Made by a program: the position numbers and the translations under genes
Assembly (NCBI GenBank): GCA_036376915.1
Contig: DASUZK010000059.1
Location: 43,249-107,248 of the forward strand
Origin: Solirubrobacterales bacterium
GTDB taxonomy: Bacteria > Actinomycetota > Thermoleophilia > Solirubrobacterales > 70-9
Reading direction: 5' to 3'
DNA length: 64,000 nucleotides
Part shown: positions 24,135 to 33,459 of the stretch, piece by piece
Numbering within the stretch: the first letter of the stretch is position 1
How the letters are laid out: each line of letters opens with the position of its first letter
Notes under the pieces: model-generated
What the model saw: the letters and a program-made list of their open reading frames with translations, nothing else
Told to the model about the DNA's origin: nothing
The model's database searches: none

Positions 24135-24905
24135 ATCAGCGTTCTACGTAACCTCGAGAGTCGGATCGAAGGCCTCGTCGAGGGGGTCTTCAGCCGCGCT
24201 TTCAGCTCCGAGGTGCAGCCGGTCGAGCTGGCTCGCAAGCTGGCGAAGGAGATGGACTCCCACAAGACGGCCGGCGTCGCACGCGTCTACGTGCCGAACG
24301 AGTACACCGTCTACCTCTCCAGCAGGGACCGGACCAAGCTCGAGGGCTACGAGCGCTCCCTGGAGCAGGAGCTATCCGGCTATCTGTTGGAGCACGCCCG
24401 GCGTCGCGGCTACGACCTGCTGACCCGCCCGGCGGTCGAGTTCAAGACTGACGAGCGTCTGCGACTGGGCGAGTTCGGGATCCAGACCCGGCTGGTCAAG
24501 CCGCCCGCGCACGAGGGCGAGGCGCCCCGCCAAGGAGAGGAGGGCCACACGATGGTCTACTCGGCGGTGAAGGAGGCCGCCCCGGCGAAGAGCCCCGAGC
24601 AGCGCGCCCAGGGGCTGGTGGCGACCCGCGCCGTCGTCTCCCTTGGCGACCGTCGCTATGTGCTGGACGGCCCGCGGGCCACGATCGGTCGCTCGAAGGA
24701 GGCGGAGTGCGTGCTCGCCGACCCCAACGTGTCGCGTCGCCACGCCGAGCTGCGCCGCTCCCAGATCGGCGACTGGACGATCGCCGATCTGGGGTCCACC
24801 AACGGCATCAAGGTGAACGGGCGCCGGGTCTCTTCGGCCCGTCTCAGCCCGGGCGACCAGGTCACCGTCGGGACCACGACCTTCCTGTTCGACATCGAGC
24901 AGTAG
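24135..24905 (+). CDS. fhaA: FhaA-like protein (DUF3662 N-domain + FHA domain), probable non-canonical ATC start
   Basis: The DUF3662-like N-terminus (I)SVLRNLESRIEGLVEGVFSRAFSSEVQPVELARKL extends 26 codons upstream of the track GTG (24213). GAAGGAG lies 6 nt before ATC 24135. C-terminal FHA: GRSKEAECVLADPNVSRRHAEL...STNGIKVNG. Confidence 0.8.
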   Translation: MSVLRNLESRIEGLVEGVFSRAFSSEVQPVELARKLAKEMDSHKTAGVARVYVPNEYTVYLSSRDRTKLEGYERSLEQELSGYLLEHARRRGYDLLTRPAVEFKTDERLRLGEFGIQTRLVKPPAHEGEAPRQGEEGHTMVYSAVKEAAPAKSPEQRAQGLVATRAVVSLGDRRYVLDGPRATIGRSKEAECVLADPNVSRRHAELRRSQIGDWTIADLGSTNGIKVNGRRVSSARLSPGDQVTVGTTTFLFDIEQ

Positions 24906-24910
24906 GTCGC

Positions 24911-25378
24911 GTGGACTACGACCCGATCTCAGTCGCCCTCAAGTTCGGCTTCCTCGCCGTCCTCTACCTGTTCCTGCTCTGGGTCGCTCGCGGGGCGCTC
25001 AAGGACGTACGGCGCACGGCGACCCCCGCTTCCGACGCAACCGGGTTCCACCCGGTTGCCGCGGTCGCACCGCAACCGAGCCCCGACGTCTGGCTGGTTG
25101 CCGAGCGCGGCGGCGGCCTCGAGCCCGGTGAGCGCTTCGATCTGATCGGCGGCCTCTCGATCGGCCGCTCGACCGACGCGGACGTGCGCATCGACGACCG
25201 CTATGCCTCCGGCGTGCACGCCAGGATCTTCAGTCGCGATGGCCGTACCTATATCGAGGACATGAGCTCGACCAATGGGACTCAACTCAACGACGCGACC
25301 CTCAGCGGCGAGGCGGAGCTGATCGACGGAGACGTGGTGAGGATCGGCGACACCGAGCTCAGGTTCGAGGCCGGCTGA
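24911..25378 (+). CDS. fhaB: FhaB/FipA-like protein (N-terminal TM + FHA domain)
   Basis: The GTG start gives VDYDPISVALKFGFLAVLYLFLLWV. FHA: GRSTDADVRIDDRYASGVHARI...STNGTQLN. Confidence 0.85.
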   Translation: MDYDPISVALKFGFLAVLYLFLLWVARGALKDVRRTATPASDATGFHPVAAVAPQPSPDVWLVAERGGGLEPGERFDLIGGLSIGRSTDADVRIDDRYASGVHARIFSRDGRTYIEDMSSTNGTQLNDATLSGEAELIDGDVVRIGDTELRFEAG

Positions 25379-26556
25379 TGCTGCGCATCGACGACCAGGC
25401 CTTCCGCACCGACACCGGCCGCCAGCGCAACGCCAACGAGGACGCCTTCTTCGTGCGGCCGCCGATCTTCGTCGTCGCCGACGGGATGGGCGGCGCGCAG
25501 GCGGGCGAGGTCGCCTCCCGCGCCGCCGCCGACGCCTTCGACATCGACCTGCCGGACGGCCCGGCCGAGCAGGTTCTGCGCGAGACGATCCTCGCGGCCA
25601 ACCGACGCATCCACGACCTCGCCCGCGAAGACCCCTCGCGGGCCGGGATGGGGACGACCCTGACGGCGGCGATCGTCAACTCCGAGCGAGAGGAGGTGGC
25701 GATCGGCCACGTCGGCGACAGCCGCGCTTACCGCCTGCGGGGCGGGCGGCTCGACCAGCTCACCCGCGACCACTCCCTGGTCGAGGAGATGCGCCGCAAG
25801 GGCCAGCTCACCGACGCGCAGGCCGAGGACCACCCGCAACGCTCGATCATCACCCGGGCACTCGGCCCCGAGCCGGAGGTCGAGCCGGACGTGCACACGG
25901 TGTCCGCCGGCCCGGGCGACGTCTTCCTGATCTGCTCGGACGGGTTGACGACGATGCTCGCCGAGGCCCAGATCGCGAAGCTGCTCTCCGCCGCGACGAC
26001 GATGCAGGCGGCAGTGCGAGCCTTGGTGGACGAAGCCAACCGCGCGGGCGGCCGCGACAACATCACGGCGCTCGCCTTCCGTCTCGAAGACGCCGCGGCA
26101 CCGCGCCGCCCCTCCGAGGGCGCGACGCTTATCGGCTCCAGCGCGGAGGAGGCGGGCCTCACCGCAACCGAGGTGCGCCGGCGGGCGGCGGCAGCCGCGG
26201 CCCAAGAGCGCCGCGAAACGCTGGCGGCCAAGCCGCCGCGCCGCCGCCTGCGTCGCGCCGCCTCGGCACTGGCCGTCCTCGTAATCCTGGCCGCCCTCGC
26301 CTTCGGCGCCTGGTACGGAAACCGCCAGGTCTGGTTTCTCGGCACCGACGACGGCGGCCGCGTAGCCCTCTACCGTGGCCTGCCGTACGAGCTTCCCCTT
26401 GGGATCTCCCTCTACGACGAGCGTTACGCGACCCCGGTCCAGACCGAGTCGCTGGCGCCGCGCCGCCGCGACTCCGTCACCGCCCACGACCTGCGATCGC
26501 GTGCCGACGCGGTCTCGCTGGTCGAAGACATCGAACGGTCCCAGGGAGTCAGGTGA
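25378..26556 (+). CDS. pstP: PP2C-family Ser/Thr phosphatase (PstP-like) with TM and extracytoplasmic tail
   Basis: RQRNANEDAF, VADGMGG, GTTLTA, CSDGL, DNITAL, and TM ALAVLVILAALAFGAW. Confidence 0.9.
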   Translation: MLRIDDQAFRTDTGRQRNANEDAFFVRPPIFVVADGMGGAQAGEVASRAAADAFDIDLPDGPAEQVLRETILAANRRIHDLAREDPSRAGMGTTLTAAIVNSEREEVAIGHVGDSRAYRLRGGRLDQLTRDHSLVEEMRRKGQLTDAQAEDHPQRSIITRALGPEPEVEPDVHTVSAGPGDVFLICSDGLTTMLAEAQIAKLLSAATTMQAAVRALVDEANRAGGRDNITALAFRLEDAAAPRRPSEGATLIGSSAEEAGLTATEVRRRAAAAAAQERRETLAAKPPRRRLRRAASALAVLVILAALAFGAWYGNRQVWFLGTDDGGRVALYRGLPYELPLGISLYDERYATPVQTESLAPRRRDSVTAHDLRSRADAVSLVEDIERSQGVR

Positions 26557-27884
26557 GCGCTCGCAACCGGGAGCTGACGGCCCTGGTTCCCGTTGCTCTG
26601 CTACTCACCGCGGGCTTCACCGCGGTCTTCGCCCAGGAGGGCGCCCGGATCGACGACGCCAGCCTCGCCTACGGCGCCTACTTCCTCGCGGTCTGCCTGG
26701 CTGCCCACCTCTACCTGCGCGTCCGGCTCCCCGACGCCGACCCATACCTCTTCCCCCTGGTCGCCCTGCTGACCGCGTTCGGCCTGGTGATGATCTACCG
26801 GATCGACCCCGACCTCGCCCGCGACCAGGCCAACTGGTTCGTGCTCGGGCTCGTCCTCTTCGTCCTCACGATCCAGCTCCTGCGCGACTACGACGTGCTC
26901 GAGCGCTACCGCTACACGATCGCCGTGGTCGGGCTGCTGCTGCTGCTGGCGCCCCGCCTGCCGGGAATCGGACAGCAGGTCAACGGCGCCTACCTCGGGG
27001 TCAAGGTCGGGCCCCTGGCCTTCCAGCCGGCCGAGTTCTCGAAGATCTGCCTCGTCGTCTTCCTCGCCAGCTACCTGCGCGAGCACCGGGAGGTGCTGAT
27101 CGTCGGTGCGCGCCGCGTGCTCGGGGTGACGCTGCCGCCGCTCAAGCACTTCGGCCCGATGCTGGTGGTCTGGGGCGCGTCGATGTTCATGCTCGTCTTC
27201 ATCCGCGACCTCGGCAGCTCGCTGATGTTCTTCGCCGCCTTCCTCGCCCTGCTTTACGTGGCGACCGGCCGCTTCTCCTTCGTCGCGATAGGGATGGCGA
27301 TGTTCCTCGTCGGCGCCTGGTTCTTCGCCTCGACCGTGCCGCACGTGCACGACCGGGTCGAGATCTGGCTCGACCCCTACGCCCATCCGAAGGGCAGCGG
27401 GTACCAGATCCTCCAGTCGATCTTCGCTCAGGCCGACGGCGGCCTCTTCGGCAAGGGCTTCGGACAGGCGCTGATCACGATTCCCGGCACCGACGACGCG
27501 CTGCTGCCGGCCGCCCAGACCGACACGATCTACTCGCTGATCGTCAACGAGCTCGGCCTCTTCGGTGCCTGCGGCGTCGTGATGATCTACCTCCTCACCG
27601 CCGCCCGGGGCTTCAAGATCGCCCTGATCGCCGACGACGGCTTCTCGAAGCTGCTGGCGACCGGCCTGACCGCGGTCTTCTCGATCCAGGCCTTCGTGAT
27701 CATCGGCGGCGTGACCCGGGTGATCCCGCTGACCGGCGTCACCCTGCCCTTCATCAGCTATGGCGGCAGCTCGATCGTCGCCAACTTCGTCCTGCTGGCT
27801 CTGCTCCTGCTCGTCTCCGACCGAGCCCGGCGAGAGGCCGGAGCCGAAGCCCGCCTCGGCGGCCTCGCCCTGGAGAACCGGTGA
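26553..27884 (+). CDS. rodA: SEDS-family peptidoglycan glycosyltransferase RodA/FtsW
   Basis: 10-TM profile, FQPAEFSKI, TDTIYSLIVNELG, PFISYGGSS. GTGA overlaps on both sides. Confidence 0.9.
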   Translation: MSARNRELTALVPVALLLTAGFTAVFAQEGARIDDASLAYGAYFLAVCLAAHLYLRVRLPDADPYLFPLVALLTAFGLVMIYRIDPDLARDQANWFVLGLVLFVLTIQLLRDYDVLERYRYTIAVVGLLLLLAPRLPGIGQQVNGAYLGVKVGPLAFQPAEFSKICLVVFLASYLREHREVLIVGARRVLGVTLPPLKHFGPMLVVWGASMFMLVFIRDLGSSLMFFAAFLALLYVATGRFSFVAIGMAMFLVGAWFFASTVPHVHDRVEIWLDPYAHPKGSGYQILQSIFAQADGGLFGKGFGQALITIPGTDDALLPAAQTDTIYSLIVNELGLFGACGVVMIYLLTAARGFKIALIADDGFSKLLATGLTAVFSIQAFVIIGGVTRVIPLTGVTLPFISYGGSSIVANFVLLALLLLVSDRARREAGAEARLGGLALENR

Positions 27885-29338
27885 ACCCCCAGATCGTCAA
27901 GCTCTTCAGCCTGATCGTCGCTCTCTTCGCGGTGCTGATCGGGTTCACCTCGTACTGGTCGGTCTTCGACGCCGAGGCGCTGGAGGAAGAGGACGCCAAC
28001 ACACGCCCGCTCTTCGAGCAGCAGCAGATCAAGCGCGGCCGGATCCTGGCGGCCGACGGCACCGTGATCGCCCGCTCGGTCCCGAAGGGGAGGGGGGAGT
28101 CGCTGCGCTACGTGCGCCGCTACCCGGAGGGGCCGCTCTACGGCCACCCGATCGGCTACAGCTTCGTCGAAGAGGGCGACAGCGAGCTCGAGCAGTTCCA
28201 CAACGACGAGCTGGTCGGCAACGACTCGGAATTCACCTCGATCCTCGACGAGCTGCGCGGCCACACCCAGGAAGGCAACGACGTCGTCACCAACCTCGAC
28301 CCGACCGCCCAGGCGGTCGCGCTGGAAGGCCTGGAGGCAGCCGGCTTCGGCGCCGTGGTGGCGATCGAGCCGCGGAGCGGGCGCATCAGGGTGCTTGCCT
28401 CCAATCCTTCTTACGACCCCAACCGCGTCCCCTACGAACTGACCGAGCTGAACAAGAACGAGTTGGAAGCGCCGCTGGTGAACCGGGGTACGCAGGGTGA
28501 GCGCCCGCCCGGCTCGACCTTCAAGGTGGTGACTGCTGCCGCCGCCCTCGACAGCGGCACGATCACGCCGGAGACGACGATCGACGCGCCGGGCACGCTG
28601 GAGGTACAGGGACAGCCGCTGCACAACGACTTCGACGAGGACTTCGGACCGATCGCCCTCGACACGGCGCTGACCAACTCGGTCAACACATGGTTCGCGC
28701 AGCTCGGCGAACGGGTCGGGCAGGACACGCTGTTCGAATACATGGACAAGTTCGGCTTCAACTCGAAGCCGGCGATCGATCTCCCCTCCGACCAGCTCTC
28801 GACCAGCGGCCTCTTCGAGGAAGGGGAGCTTCTCGGGCCGAGCGACCCGATCGACATCGCGCGAGTGGCGATCGGGCAGGAGCGCTTGCTGGCGACGCCG
28901 CTGCAGATGGCCGAGGTCGCGGCGGCGATCGCCAACGGCGGCAAGTTGATGAAGCCGCAGCTCTGGAGCCGCGTCGTCGACCCGGACGGGCGGGTGACGA
29001 AGAGCCTCGACCCCTCCGAGTACAGCGAGCCGATCAGCGAGGAGACAGCAGCAGAGCTGACCACCGCCATGGAAGGCGTGGTCAGCGAAGGCACCGGCAC
29101 GAACGCGGCGATCGAAGGCGTGACCGTGGCCGGCAAGACCGGCACGGCGGAAACTCCCTACAACGAGTCCTGCGGCGGCGGCACCGACGAGAACCAGGCC
29201 TGGTTCATGGGCTTCGCCCCCGCCGAGGACCCGCGGATCGCGATCGCGGCGACGGTCGAGTGCACGACCCAGTTCGGCAACGACGTCGCCGCGCCGATCT
29301 TCGCCGCCGTCGCCGAAGCCATCTTGAGCAGCGAATGA
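27881..29338 (+). CDS. pbpA: class B penicillin-binding protein (PbpA-like transpeptidase)
   Basis: The GTG start gives VNPQIVKLFSLIVALFAVLIG. Motifs STFK (PGSTFKV), SVN and KTGT (AGKTGTAE). The track ORF 26375..29338 is a run-through. Confidence 0.9.
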   Translation: MNPQIVKLFSLIVALFAVLIGFTSYWSVFDAEALEEEDANTRPLFEQQQIKRGRILAADGTVIARSVPKGRGESLRYVRRYPEGPLYGHPIGYSFVEEGDSELEQFHNDELVGNDSEFTSILDELRGHTQEGNDVVTNLDPTAQAVALEGLEAAGFGAVVAIEPRSGRIRVLASNPSYDPNRVPYELTELNKNELEAPLVNRGTQGERPPGSTFKVVTAAAALDSGTITPETTIDAPGTLEVQGQPLHNDFDEDFGPIALDTALTNSVNTWFAQLGERVGQDTLFEYMDKFGFNSKPAIDLPSDQLSTSGLFEEGELLGPSDPIDIARVAIGQERLLATPLQMAEVAAAIANGGKLMKPQLWSRVVDPDGRVTKSLDPSEYSEPISEETAAELTTAMEGVVSEGTGTNAAIEGVTVAGKTGTAETPYNESCGGGTDENQAWFMGFAPAEDPRIAIAATVECTTQFGNDVAAPIFAAVAEAILSSE

Positions 29339-29350
29339 AAGGGTTAGCGC

Positions 29351-31240
29351 GTGGCTGAGGTGACACAGGGGTCCGTGGTCGACGAGCGGTACCGGATCGA
29401 GAGGCGGATCGGCTCAGGCGGGATGGCCGACGTCTGGCTGGCCGAGGACACGCACCTGCAGCGCCAGGTCGCGCTCAAGGTGCTGCACGCCCGCTTCGTC
29501 CAGGACCGCGAGTTCGTCGAGCGTTTCCGGCGTGAGGCCGAGGCGGCGGCCGGCCTTCAGCACCCCAACGTCGTCTCCGTCTTCGACCGCGGCGACGTCG
29601 ACGGCACCTACTACATCGCGATGCAGTACCTGGAGGGGCGCTCGCTGAAGCAGCTGATCGACGCCGGCCTCACCCCGGAGCAGGCGGCCGGCCTGATCCG
29701 CCAGGTCCTCGAGGGCGCTCGCTTCGCCCACCGCAACGGCGTCGTCCACCGCGACCTCAAGCCCCAGAACGTGATCGTCGACGCCGACGGCAAGGCGACT
29801 GTGACCGATTTCGGCATCGCCCGCGCGGGCGTCTCGGAGATCACCCAGACCGGCTCGGTGATGGGGACGCCGCACTATCTCTCGCCCGAGCAGGCCCAGG
29901 GCCAGGACGTCACCGCCGTCTCCGACCTCTACTCGATCGGCGTGATGCTCTACGAGACCCTCACCGGCCGGGTGCCGTTCGAGGGCGAGTCCGCCGTCGC
30001 CGTGGCGATGAAGCAGGTCTCCCAGGCGCCGCAGCGGCCGAGCTCGATCAACCCGAACGTCTCACCCGCCCTCGACGCGGTCGTGATGAGGGCGCTGGAG
30101 AAGGAGCCGGGTCAGCGCTTCCAGAACGCCGACGCCTTCATCGCCGCCCTCGACGCGGCCCTGCGCGATCCCGGCGGGGGGGCGGAAGGCACGGCGGCCT
30201 TTGCGCCGCTGCCGCCGGTCGTGGCAACTCCCTCCGAGCCGGTGGCGGAGGGGTACGACGAAGAGGCGGAGGCACGCCGCCGCAGGCGTCTCGGCTGGCT
30301 GCTGGTGGCGGCTGCCGTCCTGATCGGCGCCCTCGTCGGCTTCGCGCTGACGCGCGACACGACGACCGAGGTGCCGAACGTGAAGGACAACGATCTCAAC
30401 GTGGCGATCTCCCTGCTCCAGCAGAACGGCTTCGAGGTCGGGGAGGTGAAGCGGGTCGAGCGGGAAGCTCCGGCGAACACGGTGCTCGAGCAGGATCCGC
30501 TCGCCTCGCCGCCGGCGAGCGAGGCCTCGCTCGATTGCGCCTTCCTCTCCTTCTTCTGCTCGAAGCCGAAGATCGTGCTCACGGTCAGCTCCGGCCCGGG
30601 GACCGCCAGGGTCCCGTCGACCGCCGGGCTGATGGCGGCCGCGGCCGAAGCCGAGATCGAAGAAGCGGGCTTCGACCCGCGGATCGAAAAGACGGTCTCC
30701 GAAAAGGTGGAACAGGGGCTGGTGATCAACTCGCTGCCCGCCGGCGGCTCGACGGCGACGCGCGGAAGCGAAGTCGTCCTGCGGGTCTCCACCGGCCCGA
30801 AGCTGGCCGCGGTGCCGGTGCTCGTCGGCACCCAGCGCTCGGTTGCGGTGCAGCAGATCCGCGGCCGCGGCTTCGTGCCCAGCGTCGAAGAACGGGAGAG
30901 TGCCTCACCCGCCGGCGAGGTGATCGACCAGGCGCCGAATGCCGGCTCCAAGCTGCCGGCCGGCTCGACGGTCTCGATCGTCGTCTCCAAGGGCGAAGAG
31001 AAATCGACGGCGCCGAACGTGATCGGCCAGCTGCGCTCCGAAGCGGTGGAAGCCGTGCGGGCGGCGGGCCTGAAGCCGACTGTCTCCGAACAGCCGACCG
31101 AAGTCCCCTCGCAGGTGGGTCGCGTCACCGACCAGTTCCCCCCGCCGGGGTCCGAATTGAAGCCCGGCGACACCGTGAGCCTGGTGGTCGGCACAGCTGC
31201 CGCCGGCGCCACCGAACCCGAAGCGGGGATAGAAGAATGA
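29351..31240 (+). CDS. pknB: Ser/Thr protein kinase PknB with four PASTA domains
   Basis: RIGSGGMADVWLA, ALKVL, HRDLKPQN, DFGIA, SPEQ, a TM helix, then 4 PASTA-like repeats (VPNV..., VPST..., VPVLVG..., APNVIG...). Confidence 0.93.
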   Translation: MAEVTQGSVVDERYRIERRIGSGGMADVWLAEDTHLQRQVALKVLHARFVQDREFVERFRREAEAAAGLQHPNVVSVFDRGDVDGTYYIAMQYLEGRSLKQLIDAGLTPEQAAGLIRQVLEGARFAHRNGVVHRDLKPQNVIVDADGKATVTDFGIARAGVSEITQTGSVMGTPHYLSPEQAQGQDVTAVSDLYSIGVMLYETLTGRVPFEGESAVAVAMKQVSQAPQRPSSINPNVSPALDAVVMRALEKEPGQRFQNADAFIAALDAALRDPGGGAEGTAAFAPLPPVVATPSEPVAEGYDEEAEARRRRRLGWLLVAAAVLIGALVGFALTRDTTTEVPNVKDNDLNVAISLLQQNGFEVGEVKRVEREAPANTVLEQDPLASPPASEASLDCAFLSFFCSKPKIVLTVSSGPGTARVPSTAGLMAAAAEAEIEEAGFDPRIEKTVSEKVEQGLVINSLPAGGSTATRGSEVVLRVSTGPKLAAVPVLVGTQRSVAVQQIRGRGFVPSVEERESASPAGEVIDQAPNAGSKLPAGSTVSIVVSKGEEKSTAPNVIGQLRSEAVEAVRAAGLKPTVSEQPTEVPSQVGRVTDQFPPPGSELKPGDTVSLVVGTAAAGATEPEAGIEE

Positions 31241-32205
31241 GGGTCGCGGTGCTCAGCGGCGGGCGCTCCTCGGAGCACGACGTCTCGCTGCGCTCGGGGG
31301 AGGCGGTGGCGCGCGGCCTCGAAGAGGCCGGGCATGAGCCGCTGCGGGTGACGATCTCCCGCGAAGGGGTCTGGAGCTGTGACGGTTCGCCGGTCTCGCT
31401 GGCGCCCGGCGAAGGCCTGCTCGGCTGCGAGGTTGCCTTTCCCGCCTTGCACGGCCCCTTCGGCGAGGACGGCAGCGTCCAGGGCTTGCTCGAGTGGCTC
31501 GAGCTGCCATACGTCGGCTCCGACGTGCTCTCTTCGGCGATCTGCATGGACAAGCTGACGCTGAAGCGGCTCTTCGCCCAGGCGGGAGTCCCTCAGGTCG
31601 CCTTCGCCGGTGCCGGCGAACCGGGCTGGCGCGAGCGCTGCGAGTCGATGGGCTCGCCCCTCTGGGTCAAGCCCTCCCGCCTCGGCTCCAGCGTGGGGAT
31701 CAGCCGGGTCGAGGGAACGGGGGTGGAGCTGGACGACGCGGTCGCCCTCGCCCGCCGTCATGACCCCCGGGTGATCGTCGAGGCCCACGCTGCCGGCCGC
31801 GAGGTCGAGTGCTCGCTGCTCGGCAACGATCGGGTCGAGGCCTCGATTCCAGGAGAGGTCGTCGCCAACGGCGATTGGTACGACTACGAGACCAAGTACC
31901 GCGACGGCGGCATGGAGTTGGTCGTCCCGGCGCCGATCGGGGAGGAGCAGCTGGCGCACGTCCGCGACCTCGCGGCCCGCGTCTTCGAGCTGGCGGGTTG
32001 CTCGGGCCTCGCCCGCTGCGACTTCTTCGCCGAACCCGACGGCACCGTCCTCGTCAACGAGATCAACACCATGCCCGGCTTCACCCAGACCAGCGTCTAC
32101 GCCAAGCTCTGGGAGGCAAGTGGGGTCGCGTACCCGGAGCTCTGCGGCCGGTTGGTGGAGCTGGCGCTGGAGCGCCACGCCAAGGCGCGTTCCTACGAGT
32201 TCTGA
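31237..32205 (+). CDS. ddl: D-alanine--D-alanine ligase, second paralogue (long DdlA-like form)
   Basis: MRVAVLSGGRSSEHDVSLRSG, HGPFGEDGSVQGLLEWLELPYVG, VNEINTMPGFT. ATGA overlap with the pknB stop. Confidence 0.9.
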   Translation: MRVAVLSGGRSSEHDVSLRSGEAVARGLEEAGHEPLRVTISREGVWSCDGSPVSLAPGEGLLGCEVAFPALHGPFGEDGSVQGLLEWLELPYVGSDVLSSAICMDKLTLKRLFAQAGVPQVAFAGAGEPGWRERCESMGSPLWVKPSRLGSSVGISRVEGTGVELDDAVALARRHDPRVIVEAHAAGREVECSLLGNDRVEASIPGEVVANGDWYDYETKYRDGGMELVVPAPIGEEQLAHVRDLAARVFELAGCSGLARCDFFAEPDGTVLVNEINTMPGFTQTSVYAKLWEASGVAYPELCGRLVELALERHAKARSYEF

Positions 32206-33416
32206 GCTGGCAGCGTTCGCTGCCTTACCAGCGTCAAGGCGATCGGCAGGGAGCCCGTCCGCAGGATCGCGGCGAAGGCCTTGGCTTCCCCGAAGCTGGC
32301 GAAGCCTCCCGAGATTTGAGCGCCGGTTCGGCCGTCGATCCCGTCGGGGTTTTCGGCGAAGTTGATGATCGGGCGAGTCTTCACTTCGCGATCGAAAACG
32401 ACGGCGAAGTGGCCAGACAGCCTTTCAGCTTTCCTCGAGGTAACTCGGCCGGTCGCTCGCGCCGCGCCCCGGAAGGCGATCGCACGGGTGAGTCGCTCGA
32501 AGGCGATCCGTCCCTTGGCGGTGAAGGCAAAGGTGACATTTGGCTGACCGAGCTCGGTAGCTTCCTGTCTTGGATTGACGATGTCGACGCCTGTGAGGGC
32601 CGGCCTGTCCTTGAACGCATACCAGCCGGGCTCGCCTGCCGTGAGGACTTCACCAGAGCGGCTGGTCGGCTGCTCGGAAACGATCGTGATGCCGAGCGGC
32701 ACCTCGAGCACTATGCCGTTTCGCTGAGTGCCGCCGGTGCGAAGATCCGTCCTCCTGGCGACCGGTCCGGCGGTCAGCTCGTGGGCTGCCGAGCGGTCGA
32801 ACATATAGAAGCGCGAGCCCGAAGCGGTGCAGTTGGCACAGGGCGAGCGCGGCTCTTGTCGGGAGGCAAGCTCGACCGCGCCGTAGGGGGTCGGGAATGC
32901 GCCGGAGAGAATCAGCCGGGCGTTCTGCGGCGAGCTGTACGGTCGTCCGGCTGCTCGCCATTCGCGTTTCGCTCGCCTCAACGCGCTCGCCTTCGGTTTC
33001 CAGCCGGGGTTCCCGCCGATCGCCAGCTCGGGACCGATCAGGTTGGGTTCCCAGTCATAGAAGCCGAGCTGAGCCGTGGCACCGAGCCGATCCGCCACCC
33101 GTCGAGCGTCGCCGGGCTCCAGCCCCTCGGGCAAGACGACGCGAAGGCGGTTCCTGCCCCGCGCGTGGACCTCTCCGTCGGCAATTCCGAGGGCCCGCAG
33201 CCGCGCGCAGACGATCGCCACGGCCTGGTCGCGAGTGCGCGCCGTAACCCTCTCTTCGCCGGCCTGCAGTACGAATTCGAGCTCGAGCGAAGGCGCCTCT
33301 GGCTCGGCGGAGCAGGCCGGCGGAGACGCATCCGCACCTCCATCGGGGCCGCCCAGTGCGATCGCGCCGGCGACAATCGCCGTAAGAGCGGCAAGGGGCA
33401 GGGTGGGCCGAGTCAT
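32193..33416 (-). CDS. exported protein resembling the periplasmic (P1) domain of SecD, with no SecD transmembrane bundle
   Basis: Signal/anchor LPLAALTAIVAGAIALGG. RLRALGIADGEVHARGRNRLRVVLPEG...LGATAQLGFYDW and GQPNVTFAFTAKGRIAFERLT...FAVVFDREVKTRPII...GAQISGGFASFGEAKAFAAILRTGSLPIAL match my memory of SecD P1 motifs. Confidence 0.6.
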   Translation of the reverse strand: MTRPTLPLAALTAIVAGAIALGGPDGGADASPPACSAEPEAPSLELEFVLQAGEERVTARTRDQAVAIVCARLRALGIADGEVHARGRNRLRVVLPEGLEPGDARRVADRLGATAQLGFYDWEPNLIGPELAIGGNPGWKPKASALRRAKREWRAAGRPYSSPQNARLILSGAFPTPYGAVELASRQEPRSPCANCTASGSRFYMFDRSAAHELTAGPVARRTDLRTGGTQRNGIVLEVPLGITIVSEQPTSRSGEVLTAGEPGWYAFKDRPALTGVDIVNPRQEATELGQPNVTFAFTAKGRIAFERLTRAIAFRGAARATGRVTSRKAERLSGHFAVVFDREVKTRPIINFAENPDGIDGRTGAQISGGFASFGEAKAFAAILRTGSLPIALTLVRQRTLPAQNS

Positions 33417-33459
33417 TTCGACAGGGTACGCGGGCGGTATCCCTGAAAGATCTACGACG

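Noticed and set aside
21953-24265. A 770-aa minus-strand ORF spanning the CARDB-like gene and the antisense of the kinase.
   Set aside because: Only the C-terminal ~350 aa (TM + CARDB-like) look like protein. The upstream part is antisense to a kinase with all catalytic motifs.
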